Source: Candidatus Latescibacterota bacterium (GTDB lineage: Bacteria > Latescibacterota > UBA2968 > SICM01). Taken from it: 64,000 bases of DNA. Positions 11,020 through 21,187 of this stretch are shown here, one piece after another. The notes under the pieces were generated by a model. That model was not told where the DNA came from and did not search any database. It saw only the letters and a list, made by a program, of their open reading frames with translations. The stretch's first letter is position 1, and every line of letters starts with the position of its first letter. Where the stretch lies: the NCBI GenBank assembly GCA_965217865.1, contig CBDCJO010000002.1, positions 3,744,001 to 3,808,000 of the forward strand, in the 5' to 3' direction. The translations under genes and the position numbers were made by a program.

Positions 11020-11844
11020 TTACCTCTTGAATGCCTGCTTCGCGATTTTTCGCTCGTCGATGCACTTCCGGTTTTTCCAGGCGCGTCCGAGCGTTCTCCA
11101 CAGGCCGCCTTCCTCAAACGGGTTCAGGGTCGCCGCGAGCCCCAGCCTCTTGGGCGCTGGGGGGCTTGTCTTCCACACGCGGGCGGGGATCCGTAACGAG
11201 GGACCCTTCAGCTCGATCTCTTCCCCGCTCCTCTGATCGCTCACGACCAGGGCGAGCGCGATCTGCAAGTCGGGACTGTCCACGCCGAGATCTGCCGCAG
11301 GTATGCTCAGGATCGGAGCGAAGCGATAGGTGTGATCGGAAGTCGTGCGTCTCTCTTCTGGTTCCACGAAGCTGATCCAGCTGGCCTCTCCTCTCGACGT
11401 TGTCGTGAAGCGCCGGGGCGAAGGCGGCTCGCCCGGCTCACTCGCCTGGTAGGTCGCCACCTCATGTCCTTGGACGCGCCTCTCTCTCGTACGGGCCTTC
11501 ATCTTCAGCATGTAGGAGGTCGCGCCCCAGTTCGTCCCGGCATGGAGCTCGAGTGCCACGAGCTCTACTCCGACCACGACTCGGGTTCCCGTGCTTGGCA
11601 GGTATCCGGCGATTACCGTGACTAGCGCGCTTGCGCGTCCATCCCCCGAGTCCATCAGCGTGTACGCTCGCGTGGTATACGGCTCCTCGTCCGCACAACT
11701 CCGATTGAACTCGATGTGTCCGCCCGCCAAGTGCACGATCGGCTCGATCTCTTGGCCCTCGGGCAACTGGCATCCACTGCAGGCGCTGGTGGCGAGGACG
11801 GAGGTGAGCAGTGCCATCGCCGCCATTGCTCTCGTCGTCTTCAT
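11020..11844 (-). CDS. Putative lipoprotein, hypothetical
   Basis: Signal peptide MKTTRAMAAMALLTSVLATSAC with lipobox-like Cys; GGAG RBS; C-terminus may be chimeric. Confidence 0.55.
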   Translation of the reverse strand: MKTTRAMAAMALLTSVLATSACSGCQLPEGQEIEPIVHLAGGHIEFNRSCADEEPYTTRAYTLMDSGDGRASALVTVIAGYLPSTGTRVVVGVELVALELHAGTNWGATSYMLKMKARTRERRVQGHEVATYQASEPGEPPSPRRFTTTSRGEASWISFVEPEERRTTSDHTYRFAPILSIPAADLGVDSPDLQIALALVVSDQRSGEEIELKGPSLRIPARVWKTSPPAPKRLGLAATLNPFEEGGLWRTLGRAWKNRKCIDERKIAKQAFKR

Positions 11845-12034
11845 TCTCCGTTCTCCTGCCTTTATACCGTGCTCGGCTGTTCCCGTTACCTGCTGCCGTT
11901 GCAGAAACGATCCATTCTTCGCAAAACGAAGGTTCTCGTTTTGTGTTCACCTGTCAACGGACAGATTGAAACGAACACACCGAGGTCACCAAGGCCCAGT
12001 TGCCAGTCGTCCCACGCCGCTCCCCACGCTGGAC

Positions 12035-12345
12035 CGGAAGGCATCAGGTGCTCGGCCATGTAGTCCACGAACAGCACCTCACTCCGCTTGGATTGCACCG
12101 AGAACCGGTTGTGGGGCCGGATGCCACCCTTCGGAGACATGAACGGCGGATTGGCGAGAATCACGTCGGCGTACTCGTTCCAACGCTCCTCACTGGTGAG
12201 CGTGTCGTATTCAAAGATATGCGGATCGTTGAAGCCGTGCAGGTACAGGTTCACAAGCGACAGGCGCACCATGTCGGGCGAGATGTCGTAGCCCTTGAAG
12301 TTCGCCGCCAGCCGTCCCTTGTCATCCGGCGTCAGCGTGCTGTTG
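12035..12345 (-). pseudogene. hsdM: Type I R-M methyltransferase internal fragment
   Basis: GYDISPDMVRLSLVNLYLHG...DVILANPPF...RSEVLFVDYMAEHL. Confidence 0.85.
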
Positions 12346-12383
12346 CCTTGCGGGTCGGGTCTCGACGGACAGGAGGTCACGCG

Positions 12384-12854
12384 ATGAGCGGTCGCGCATC
12401 CGATGCAACCCGGGCCGGACCCGGCCCCCTGGAAGTGTCCTTCACGTTCCAGCCCGGGAACGGCCGGAACAACGGCTGCCCCCACACGGATCAGGACCGG
12501 AATGTCGAGCCGGGGAATATACCTCGCATATCGAGACTGACGGCCCTGGCGATACGGTTCGAGGGGCTGGTCCGGGAGGGCGAGGTGCGGGACTATGCGG
12601 ACCTGGCGCGCCTCGGCTGCATGACCCGGGCGAGGATCACGCAGATCATGAACCTGCTCCATCTGGCGCCCGACATTCAGGAAGCGCTGCTGTTCCTGCC
12701 GCGCACCCTCCGGGGCCGCGACCCGATCTGCGAGAAGGACGTCCGTCCCATCGCCGCCGTCCCCCACTGGCCCCATCAGCGCAAGATGTGGGCCACGCTC
12801 GCCGAAGAACGCTTGCCCTTCAGTATTCTGACGGCAATCACCACAAAGGAATAG
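12384..12854 (+). CDS. Small HTH protein of the type found beside large serine recombinases
   Basis: PRISRLTALAIRFEGLVREGEVRDYADLARLGCMTRARITQIMNLLHLAPDIQEALLF; AGGAGG RBS. Confidence 0.7.
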   Translation: MSGRASDATRAGPGPLEVSFTFQPGNGRNNGCPHTDQDRNVEPGNIPRISRLTALAIRFEGLVREGEVRDYADLARLGCMTRARITQIMNLLHLAPDIQEALLFLPRTLRGRDPICEKDVRPIAAVPHWPHQRKMWATLAEERLPFSILTAITTKE

Positions 12855-13189
12855 CCGGGCCTGTGCAAGTGCGTCTCCGAGGATCCGGATGCATGAGCAG
12901 GCAGGGCAGGTTTTCAACAAGGCCGAGCACCGACGTACGCTCCGCTTCTCATGGAAACCATTGATCGTTCCGAGAGATCGATCGCAAGCACATGAATATC
13001 AGTACGGTCATGGCCTGTACCAGGCCTTCCTTACATAGACGGTTACAAGCCTTACAGGAATTACCAGAAGGCGCTGTTCGAGGCGGTTGAAGCCCGCCTC
13101 GGCAAGGACCGCGGTACTTTACACGCTCCTGACCGGCGAAGCCATAGCGGCGGAGCGCGAATCTCTGAAAACCCCGGCCGGGCTTCGAC

Positions 13190-13690
13190 GATGCACCGCC
13201 GCCACGCGAAACGTCCGAGCAGGATTTCCCGGGGGACATTCGCCGCATTGTCCGCAGGTTCGAACCGCCGGACGAGAGGGATACCCGGGATCGGCATCTC
13301 GGAAAGGAGGGAGAAGCGCTCGACTTCGAGGTGGAAGGCACCGCTTTGAGGAACTTGGCCGGAAGGACCTGCCCGACCGCGTCCGATGGGTCGCCAGGGA
13401 CGATGGCGACGGTTACGGCTACGACGTCCTGCCTTCGACGGAACCGGCGATGAGGCCTGCCGAGAGCGTTGGCTGGAGATCAAGACGACGAATGGTCCCA
13501 GGACAAATCCTTTTTTCATCACCAAGAACGAGTTGTGCGTTTCCAAGGAGCGCCCCGACATCTTCAGGATCGTCAGGCTATACGATTTCCGGCGGCAGGC
13601 GCGCGCTTACCGCATCGAGCCGCCTCTGGAGGAACACGTCTGGCTTTCGCCGATGATCTACAGGGCCTCCCTGACCGCCTCCTCATCTTT
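13190..13690 (+). pseudogene. DUF3883 (PD-(D/E)XK) domain protein fragment, frameshifted
   Basis: VRWVARDDGDGYGYDV and ERWLEIKTTNGPRTNPFFITKNE in different frames. Confidence 0.8.
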
Positions 13691-13849
13691 GCCGACAGTT
13701 GAGAGTCAATAGCCTCTTGCCCAGAAATGCTGTCCGGTGAAGTTCGACCGACGACCGGGATAGTTCCGGGCGATCAGGTGGTCCGCCTTGACGGACGCTT
13801 AAGACTTGACCTTTCTCCTGATTTGTTATATGCTCTTCTATTATTGTTT

Positions 13850-14240
13850 CTCACTCGGTTCGTTTCCGTGGATGCTGTAGCCCATCCAAACGACAATCGG
13901 AAGTGAAGTGACATGCATTGTCTCTGGTCGTGAGGGATCCGACCGATCCGCATGGTCTTCCTTGATCGTCGCCAGCTTCCGTTGGTTCCTTTCAGAGGTG
14001 AGCGCGACCAGAGAGGAGGCGCAACTCGCGAGACCGGGCAGCGACCTCCAAGGAGGTGACCCGCGGCGAAAGATCAGCCAGGCGCCGCATGTACGAGACG
14101 ATCCGGCCACGTCTGAGGGGCCATTCCCCACTGCGAATCCCGGACGGAACCCCGGGGTGGGAATCGCAGGTGGTTGTCGCAGACGTAAACCGGATCCATG
14201 GCCGCGAGAAGGATCGCGCCAAAGACGAAATGGATGACGG
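13850..14240 (-). pseudogene. M14 zinc carboxypeptidase N-terminal fragment
   Basis: YMRRLADLSPRVT and PIVVWMGYSIHGNEPS in different frames. Confidence 0.7.
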
Positions 14241-14481
14241 GTTGACTGTATCTATTCTGAGATAACAAGATATAGGTCCAAGCAAGATTCAGGCAGCCTT
14301 TGACTGGTCTGGGATGTTCTTTTCCGATTGATTTCTATGCGGCGCTGCCGAGCCTCCTCCTTTCGATCTTGTCGGTGGCAAAGAATCTTTTGATGCTGGA
14401 TTTTATGCCTCTGATGAGGCGTGACATACTGTATTGCCCCGTGATAGCGTTCGGCGTTGTAGCTGTGAATGAAGGAAGCAA

Positions 14482-14790
14482 TCAGGCCTTCCAGTTGGCC
14501 GGGCGTCCGGACCGAGGCTGATCTTCCATGCCGGCCAGGCGGTCTTCAAAGAACCGCTTGCGCCACTTGCTTACGATCTGTCGGGGGATGTCCAGCCTTT
14601 CAGCGATGCGTTTGTTAGTAAGACCCTCAGCCGCCAACAGAATGATCTTGGACCTGATGACCTGGAAATATGATGACGTATATTGCCTCGCCATCCCTTC
14701 GAGGGTCTGTTTCTCATCCTCGGCTAAGATAATTGTGAAAGGGCTCCTCCTATCAGTGCGGACTTTCTTGCGTCTGATTATTGCTACGAC
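14482..14790 (-). pseudogene. IS630-family transposase N-terminal HTH ORF
   Basis: RSKIILLAAEGLTNKRIAERLDIPRQIVSKWRKRF...DQPRSGRP. Confidence 0.8.
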
Positions 14791-14796
14791 ATTGAG

Positions 14797-15335
14797 ATGA
14801 CTCAGACGGAACATAGTAGGGCCAACAGAGCGGCATGGTCCCATCGAGCCTATGAAGCGTGGCAACACGGCTATGGTTCACCTCCCGAGGCTGCTGCGAG
14901 TATTCGTGAAGATCCGGAGATTATACTGCGGGAGTACCGTGAACACCTGGGCGATGTGAGGGGGAAGGTCGTAGCAAACCTGCTCGGCTCACATGGGCGA
15001 AGAGCGGTAGCTTTGGCCATTCTCGGGGCCGAGGTCACTGTCGTCGATATCTCGGCAGAGAACCAGCGCTACGCTCTTGAGCTGGCACGAGCCGCCGGTG
15101 TTACCATCGAGTACATCGTATCGGATATACTCGAGTGGAAAACAGAATCCCTTGCCGATCATTTCGATACAGTCCTAATGGAGTATGGGATTCTCCACTA
15201 CTTCGTGCAATTAGATCCGCTTGTCAGGCTTCTAGAAAAGATCTTGAAGCCCGCCGGCAAGGTCGTTCTTCATGAATTCCATCCGATTGACAAGAAGTGC
15301 GGACTGATCGAGGAAGGAGGCCGACTGATCCTGCA
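14797..15335 (+). pseudogene. Class I SAM-dependent methyltransferase, C-terminally truncated
   Basis: NLLGSHGRRAVALAILGAEVTVVDIS...GKVVLHEFHP, then an abrupt switch to unrelated sequence. Confidence 0.7.
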
Positions 15336-15594
15336 AGACGTTCGGATTGTTCTGGTCTCAGCAGGCTTCTCGCGAGAACTGACCACGGCGGTATTGTGGC
15401 TTAATGAGAAGGGGCTGGATATACGCTGCGTGCGGATTCAGCCCTATGACTATGACGGACGCACGCTCGTCGATGTCCAGCAGGTGATCCCCTTGCCGGA
15501 GACGGTAGATTACCAAGTGCAAATCCGCGAAAAGAAACGGCGGGAACAGACTGCTCGAAAGAGCGGTCCTGACTTTACGCGGTACGATGTAACT
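15336..15594 (+). pseudogene. Fragment of a NucS-like/PD-(D/E)XK-associated protein
   Basis: VRIVLVSAGFSRELTTAVLWLNEKGLDIRCVRIQPY...DVQQVIPLPE; ends at the IS110 boundary. Confidence 0.6.
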
Positions 15595-15599
15595 ACATG

Positions 15600-16050
15600 C
15601 GGAAAGTCAAGAGCAAAGTTGACGATTTCGAGGTTGGATGAGATTTTTTATGCCGGTTTTCTCAGCGTCAAGGGGTGTAAAGTGGACATTCTTACTATGT
15701 TCGGAGCGCAGTTCGCCCTTATGGTGCAGGACCGGTCTTTGAAGAGGGGCGAAGCTCCCGTGTGGGGGGTGGTGTCTTCCGATACCAACTTACATCCGCG
15801 GCCGGCACTCTTGTTTGTGTGAGTAGGTGTGCCGGTCTTCGCGCATTTTCTAATCCGATCCAGGAAGACGGGGAGGCCTGCGGATCTGTTAGCCGAAGCG
15901 ACTCCTATCGGAGCCCTCCTCTCAAGCCAGTTCTGCAGGCCGCCCCTGGCCGCCTTGGAAGGCGGCAGCTTGTGTAACCGGTCCGGCAGGAGACTGCACC
16001 GGATGTGAATCGAGCAGCGATGTCAAAGAGCGAGTGTGACCGCGGCAGCG
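15600..16050 (-). ncRNA. Candidate IS110 bridge/seek RNA
   Basis: ~450-bp non-coding tract 3' of the recombinase with several hairpins (TTCGCCC/GGGCGAA, CCGGCAC/GTGCCGG, GCCGCC/GGCGGC). Confidence 0.5.
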
Positions 16051-16051
16051 G

Positions 16052-17383
16052 TCAGGCGGCGGCGCGAGCGCGCCGTCGGGGATGCTGCTTTTTCTTGTAG
16101 CGCTTCATGTAGCGCCTCTCGAGCGTTTTGAGGGATGCCGCGGGGTGGTCTCTCTCCTCGTAGAGACGATTTTCTCTGAGCAGGGCTACGATGAGCCGTA
16201 GGAACTGGGACGAGGCGGCCACGATATTCTTGCGGTAGCACTTCTTCCTGAGCTCGCGTTCGAGGAAGCGGCGGCGGACCTGGGGCACGACCCGGGCGGT
16301 CTGTTCGGTCATCTGGTAGATGATTCGCCGCAGCCGGGGATTGCCGATCTTGCTCATCCGCCTTTTGCCTTTGTACTTTCCGGAGTCGGCGATGCGCACG
16401 TTCGTGCCGGCGAGCTTCTCGATCTGTTTGAAGTGGGTGAAGCGGGTGGCCCCTCGCGTCTCCGCGGTAAATTGGGCAGCCAGGTTTTTGTTGATGTTGG
16501 GGATCGAGTCGACGATTTGGAAAGTCGGATCCTGCTGAGTGCGGACGATCATCGCCTGCTCCACAGCTTTGAGTTGCGTCTCGGTCCGCCGGAGCGCCTC
16601 GATCCAGCCATTCAGGATGATGCGGAGGACATCTTCCTGGCCCTCGACCGGGATCCCGATGGAGGTCCGGGCCTCCTCCTTCAGCTTCTGCAGCGTCGCC
16701 ACCCCGTAACTGCCTCTTGAGATCCGATGGATCTGGCGGCCCTCCTCTTCGATGTCAATTTCCTCGAAGTGGCGGGGCAAGAAATATCGCTCCAACAGGT
16801 AGCGGGAGGTCTTCGTACGAATGTTGACCGCGTGGAGGAACTCCGGGAAGACGCGTTCCATCAGAGACCGGGTGCGGAGCAGGGACTTTGTGAGGTCCTT
16901 CCGGAGCTTGTCGTAGGCGATTGAGAGCTGGTGCGCGGCCTCCATGTGAGGCTCGAACGTCCTGAAGAGATCATAGCTTCCCTTCTGTGCGCTGTCGGCC
17001 ACCAGAAAGGCATCCCTGGGATCCGACTTGGAGAAATCGCGGTGCATCATCGGTCTTGCGTGATACGTCGTGAGGGGGCTCACCAGCAGCACGCGATACC
17101 CCTTCCCCTGGAGGTAGTGGGCCAGGGTAACCCACAGATTGCAGGACGTCTCGATGGCCACCACCATCCGATCCGGCCCGCAATCTTTGATGCGTCGCTC
17201 CAGATGCTGCCAGAGGGTATGGTCATATCCCGCTCGCGTCACGGGGAATGAGAAGGCCCCGCCTTGCTGAAGTCCGGAGGGATCGAGCACCGACCCGCTG
17301 TGTTTTTCCTTGCCCGGATCGATCCCGAGGACGAAATTCTGGGAGATGGCCTGTCGTTTAAGGTGGAAGATTTTCGACTTCAT
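16052..17383 (-). CDS. IS110-family DEDD recombinase/transposase
   Basis: LGIDPGKEKH, AIETS, KSDPRDA, SIPNI, DSGK, SKIGNPRLRR. Confidence 0.93.
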   Translation of the reverse strand: MKSKIFHLKRQAISQNFVLGIDPGKEKHSGSVLDPSGLQQGGAFSFPVTRAGYDHTLWQHLERRIKDCGPDRMVVAIETSCNLWVTLAHYLQGKGYRVLLVSPLTTYHARPMMHRDFSKSDPRDAFLVADSAQKGSYDLFRTFEPHMEAAHQLSIAYDKLRKDLTKSLLRTRSLMERVFPEFLHAVNIRTKTSRYLLERYFLPRHFEEIDIEEEGRQIHRISRGSYGVATLQKLKEEARTSIGIPVEGQEDVLRIILNGWIEALRRTETQLKAVEQAMIVRTQQDPTFQIVDSIPNINKNLAAQFTAETRGATRFTHFKQIEKLAGTNVRIADSGKYKGKRRMSKIGNPRLRRIIYQMTEQTARVVPQVRRRFLERELRKKCYRKNIVAASSQFLRLIVALLRENRLYEERDHPAASLKTLERRYMKRYKKKQHPRRRARAAA

Positions 17384-17611
17384 CGTATACCTCCAGCGTT
17401 GAGGGTTGAGTTTGCTTGCGCTTGCCGAATCTTAAGACACCTTGCCTTGCAAGGGAAGATTCAGCCCCTCAACGCTGTTTTTTCCTCCTTTACTCGTTAG
17501 GCGCAAGTGCAGCTTCGCGAAAGCTCAAGACAGGGAGCGCTGATTGCCATGTCGTAGATCATTGAATTACCTTGGCGTTGATACCCCGCGCAAATTTTGG
17601 GCGTGTACTCG

Positions 17612-18010
17612 ATGAGCAAATCTAGTGGGAGCAGCAATTTCGAACTGATTGTGTGGACGACTATGCCCGGAAGCAAGTTGCGCCGGACGTGGCCTTTAGA
17701 TGGTGGGATGTCAGCGCAGATGGCAGCGATTGAGGTCGAAACTCCTATCGGTCAGACGGTGAAGCGAATTGTCCGCTGGCACAACGACTGGACTTACAGA
17801 TGCAATCCGCATGCCGTAGTGGAAGAATTCAAGACCTTGCAGTTGGCACATACCTTGGAGTTGGCAGCGCCGACACCTTATCATCTTGATGAATCGTGCT
17901 CGATCTTTTCAAAGCCATACATGGTCGTCGAGTACATCGAGGGGAATCCGAAGTTTACACTTCCTCCGGGATTTGATTTCACATTCAATCTCGCCAAACA
18001 CCTTGCTAGG
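17612..18010 (+). pseudogene. Aminoglycoside-phosphotransferase-like kinase N-terminal fragment
   Basis: LDGGMSAQM...EEFKTLQL...APTPYHLD...PYMVVEYIEG...LAKHLARI; catalytic HGD motif missing. Confidence 0.7.
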
Positions 18011-18426
18011 ATCGGGCTGATAGAAAAAGCCAGGGCCATCCCCAAGGACGAGATCGTGTTCCGCGGAATACATTTGCTTGAGGACGAGGCTGAAAGCTTG
18101 ATGAAGACGGGCGTTATAGACCGAGTAAACCACCTCGCCCAAAGGGCGGGGCATTAACCACTCCCACCCCCAAAATCTTCTGCTATCCGATGAAACAGCT
18201 TGCCCACATACGCTCGAAGGTCACCTCGCAGAATCCATTTCCGGTACTTCGGTGCCCATACCAGAGGATACTGGCTATCATAGACTGCGTGACTGGTCCG
18301 TCGGAGTCCCATCGTATGCCTCCTGAGTCGATTTGTGTCTCAGTGGTCTGAACACGATAAGACACCCTTTTAGCACTGGCCTCCTCCAAGCGCCCGGGGA
18401 AGCGATACACGATCACCGAATCACGA

Positions 18427-19201
18427 GGTGATTATGCACTTGACTAAGGAACAATCCTCGCCTGTTCCACGATACGCTCCGCAGAATCATGAACACGGAC
18501 AATATCACGTACCGGGAATTGGTAGCAGCTTGACTACCAGCACCATATCGGTATGGATCATCCATTTCTGGTTAGACCTCCACGCCTTGTAATCTTTGCC
18601 ATGGATACGGAGAGTGCCAATTTCCGTGAAAGCTGAAAATTGATTTAGACCTTGGTCGTCGGGGTCAACGTTGATAGGATCGGCCAGATATGCTGGTATG
18701 GCGAACGCTACGTATGCGTCCTCGTGCTTTGGAATGTGCGCTCTGTCTGATCTTGACGAAATGCTGGTACTCGGGTTCATAAAGTCAGAAGCACCGAATA
18801 CAGCGTCTTCTACTCTTAATGCCACATACCAAATTGGCTCAGGTGAATGGCCAATGGATACAGCGTTGTATGCTTCCTCCAGCTGCTCGGTTGATAATTC
18901 GCCCTTCTCCGGCTTAGATATCGGAGAAGGGCGGATGACAGACCATAACCAAGGTCCAAGGAGGACAATCGGCGCTGAAGCGAGCAACGCAACACTTACT
19001 CCTAGTTCCAGATTCAACATGGGCAACCACTCGTTTTTCCACACTTTGATATCATCGCTAACTCCAGCCAATCCAATGGCCCCAGAGCCGACGGCATACA
19101 ATGCCCGAAAAACGAAGAAGAACTTAGCCATCTACCCATGATAACCTCTCTTTCTTGGCCCGTCAATATGAAATAGTAACTTAGTCAAGTGCATAATTAC
19201 C
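18427..19201. mobile_element. Non-autonomous IS1595-family cargo element (MIC) 1
   Basis: IRs GGTGATTATGCACTTGACTAAG / CTTAGTCAAGTGCATAATTACC; 8-bp TSD AATCACGA at 18419-18426 and 19202-19209; no transposase. Confidence 0.9.
18505..19131 (-). CDS. Hypothetical membrane-anchored protein, passenger of MIC 1
   Basis: 208-aa ORF fills the element; two hydrophobic N-terminal segments; GAGG RBS. Confidence 0.7.
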   Translation of the reverse strand: MAKFFFVFRALYAVGSGAIGLAGVSDDIKVWKNEWLPMLNLELGVSVALLASAPIVLLGPWLWSVIRPSPISKPEKGELSTEQLEEAYNAVSIGHSPEPIWYVALRVEDAVFGASDFMNPSTSISSRSDRAHIPKHEDAYVAFAIPAYLADPINVDPDDQGLNQFSAFTEIGTLRIHGKDYKAWRSNQKWMIHTDMVLVVKLLPIPGT

Positions 19202-19397
19202 AATCACGATGACTGTCGATGACATCCTGCATCTCGTTGATCATGCGAGCCAACCGCTCATGGGACAGGCGACACTCGAATACCGATAGCTGCACCCGTT
19301 GACCGTACTTCTCGCAGACTTCGGCGATACGCCTGAGTCGAGACGCTCCCAGGCCTTCCGTGTCGGCGATGTCGTAGGTGACCAGAAGGTCCATAGC

Positions 19398-19630
19398 TCA
19401 CGGCATGACGAAGGGTGGATAGGCCGGCAGATCACCGCGCAGATGTCGTGCGAGCAGCGTCGCCTGGACCGATGGCAATGCCCACCTGCCTATCTGTCGA
19501 TCGGAAATAGCATGATATATCTCCGCTTCCTTGTGGGCCTCCCATGCCTTGATCAGGCTCGTCCTCCCCTCATTGCTCAGGTAGACCCCGCCTCCCGGCA
19601 TCCGCACGAAACTGTCCGCAAGGGGAGATT
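19398..19630 (-). pseudogene. cas1: Cas1 C-terminal fragment (type I-C-like)
   Basis: GGVYLSNEGR...QATLLARHLRGDLPAYPPF immediately upstream of cas2. Confidence 0.85.
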
Positions 19631-20129
19631 TGATCGCCTCCGACCGCTCGTGCGCGGCCTTGTGTTTCAATCCGCGGCGCACCGGTCGGTAACACGAACG
19701 CCTTCAAACACGGTCTTTTCACCGCCGCGGCGACCGCCGAGCGGCGGGAAGTGGCTGCGCTCATTCGTGGGATGAAGAGTCTTGTCGAGCAGGTCGACGG
19801 TCAAGACTGACCAGCCGTGCAGCCTGTGCGGTTCCTTTTCGCCCCTTCATACATTGGGGGGCAACTCCGGGGCCAGTTTGCCGCGGCCGGAGGGAGGCAG
19901 AGTTGCGCAAGCGTAAGGGCAAATCAGCCGGACCCTGAAAGGAGTTTTTCATACCTCAAAGAATGTTGCGCCGGCGCGAAGTCGAAGCGAGAAAAGGGGC
20001 ATTCACCCATGACCAAAAGGAAATCCGCCAGGGGAGATAAGGTCATGACGAAGCAATGTATAAGTGCGCTCTTAATCTTCGCTTCGCTACGATGAAGAGA
20101 GACACCGCGGCCCACACTTCGACAGCCTC

Positions 20130-20291
20130 CAATCTGATGTGTGGGTTATGGTAGACTTCCTTGCGTGGGTCTCAACGGACTCCAATTTGAACTGACGATC
20201 GTACCGCCTGCAACGACGTACCATAGAGGACACCTCCCTTAACTAATTTACTTCTCCCTTATCTGGGTGTCCACTAAATCGGGGCAAGACG
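20130..20291 (-). mobile_element. IS3-family left-end remnant
   Basis: GTCTTGCCCCGATTTAGTGGACAC IR-like end, GGAGG RBS, MVRRCRRYDRQFKLE. Confidence 0.5.
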
Positions 20292-20339
20292 AATTCGCTC
20301 ACTATTCACTGCTCACAATTCATCCCTCACCCTACGATA

Positions 20340-20373
20340 AAAAAATGCCCCGATGGATTTCCCGCCGGGGCAT
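20340..20373 (-). terminator. Rho-independent terminator after the ABC ATPase
   Basis: ATGCCCCG...CGGGGCAT stem followed by a T run on the minus strand. Confidence 0.65.
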
Positions 20374-20394
20374 GGGATTCATCGTAACTCCCCT

Positions 20395-21141
20395 TCAATT
20401 CTCAATCGGAGCCTGTTCCGATCGGCCTTCCGCATTTGTTCCGTACATGTAGTCGAGATACATCTTCTCCAGGTCTTCCGTCTCCAGCTCCTTCTTCGTC
20501 CGCTCCATGATCAGCTTGCCGGCCTTCATGATCCCCACCCGGTCCGCCAGCGTGCGGGCCCGGAAGATGTCGTGCGTGGACATGAAGACCGCCTTCCCCT
20601 CCGACCTGAGTTCCTCCAGGAGATCAATAAACTCCGAGCCGGCCTGCGGATCCAGTCCGGCCGTCGGCTCGTCCAGAAGGATCGCCAAGGCATCCCGGAT
20701 GATCACGATGGCGATCCCGACCTTCTGCCGCATACCCTTGGAAAACTCCTTCACCCGCTGTTCATAAGCCTTCTCCTCCAGACCGACCCGCCTGAGAATC
20801 TTGTAATATCCCTCCCGGTCCGTCTGCTTGCCAGCCAGCCCCGCGAAAAAATCCAGATTCTGCCGTGCCGTGAAATTTCCGTAGAGCATGACGTTTTCCG
20901 ACAGATAGGCCAGGTGTTTCTTGGCCTCCAGCGGGTCCCGCGTAACGTCGATGCCGTTGATCTTGGCCGTTCCCTCCGTGGGTTCGATGAAGTTGAGCAT
21001 CAGGTTGATCGTCGTGGTCTTGCCCGCCCCGTTGGCCCCGAGCAGGCAGAAGATCTCCCCGGTGTCCACTTTCAGGTTGAGATTGTCCAGGGCAAGCACC
21101 CCGTCCTCGTAGCGTTTACTCAGACCGATGGCTTCAATCAT
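20395..21141 (-). CDS. ABC transporter ATP-binding protein
   Basis: GANGAGKTT, FSKGMRQK, LLDEPT, STH. Confidence 0.95.
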   Translation of the reverse strand: MIEAIGLSKRYEDGVLALDNLNLKVDTGEIFCLLGANGAGKTTTINLMLNFIEPTEGTAKINGIDVTRDPLEAKKHLAYLSENVMLYGNFTARQNLDFFAGLAGKQTDREGYYKILRRVGLEEKAYEQRVKEFSKGMRQKVGIAIVIIRDALAILLDEPTAGLDPQAGSEFIDLLEELRSEGKAVFMSTHDIFRARTLADRVGIMKAGKLIMERTKKELETEDLEKMYLDYMYGTNAEGRSEQAPIEN

Positions 21142-21187
21142 TTCGTCTCTCCTTTGGTTTAAAACCCTTTGGTGTCTTCAAAAGGCC

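Larger units (their letters stand above)
15595..17494 (-). mobile_element. IS110-family element (boundaries inferred)
   Basis: Intact recombinase; ACT trinucleotide at both inferred junctions (15592-15594, 17492-17494); TTGAC near the downstream end. Confidence 0.7.
18370..19394 (-). pseudogene. cas2: CRISPR-associated Cas2, split by an inserted element
   Basis: MDLLVTYDIAD...RLRRIAEVCEKYGQRVQLSVFEC...IDSHRD joins in frame to SVIVYRFPG once 18427-19201 and one TSD copy are removed. Confidence 0.88.

Noticed and set aside
11886-12920. 344-aa minus-strand ORF
   Set aside because: Only the hsdM piece is real; the rest is antisense to the plus-strand HTH gene.
14797-15822. 341-aa methyltransferase-nuclease fusion
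   Set aside because: Both parts are truncated and the tail reads through IS110 non-coding DNA.
18000-20300. CRISPR array near cas1/cas2 or csb1
   Set aside because: No regularly spaced direct repeats found by eye here or elsewhere in the window.
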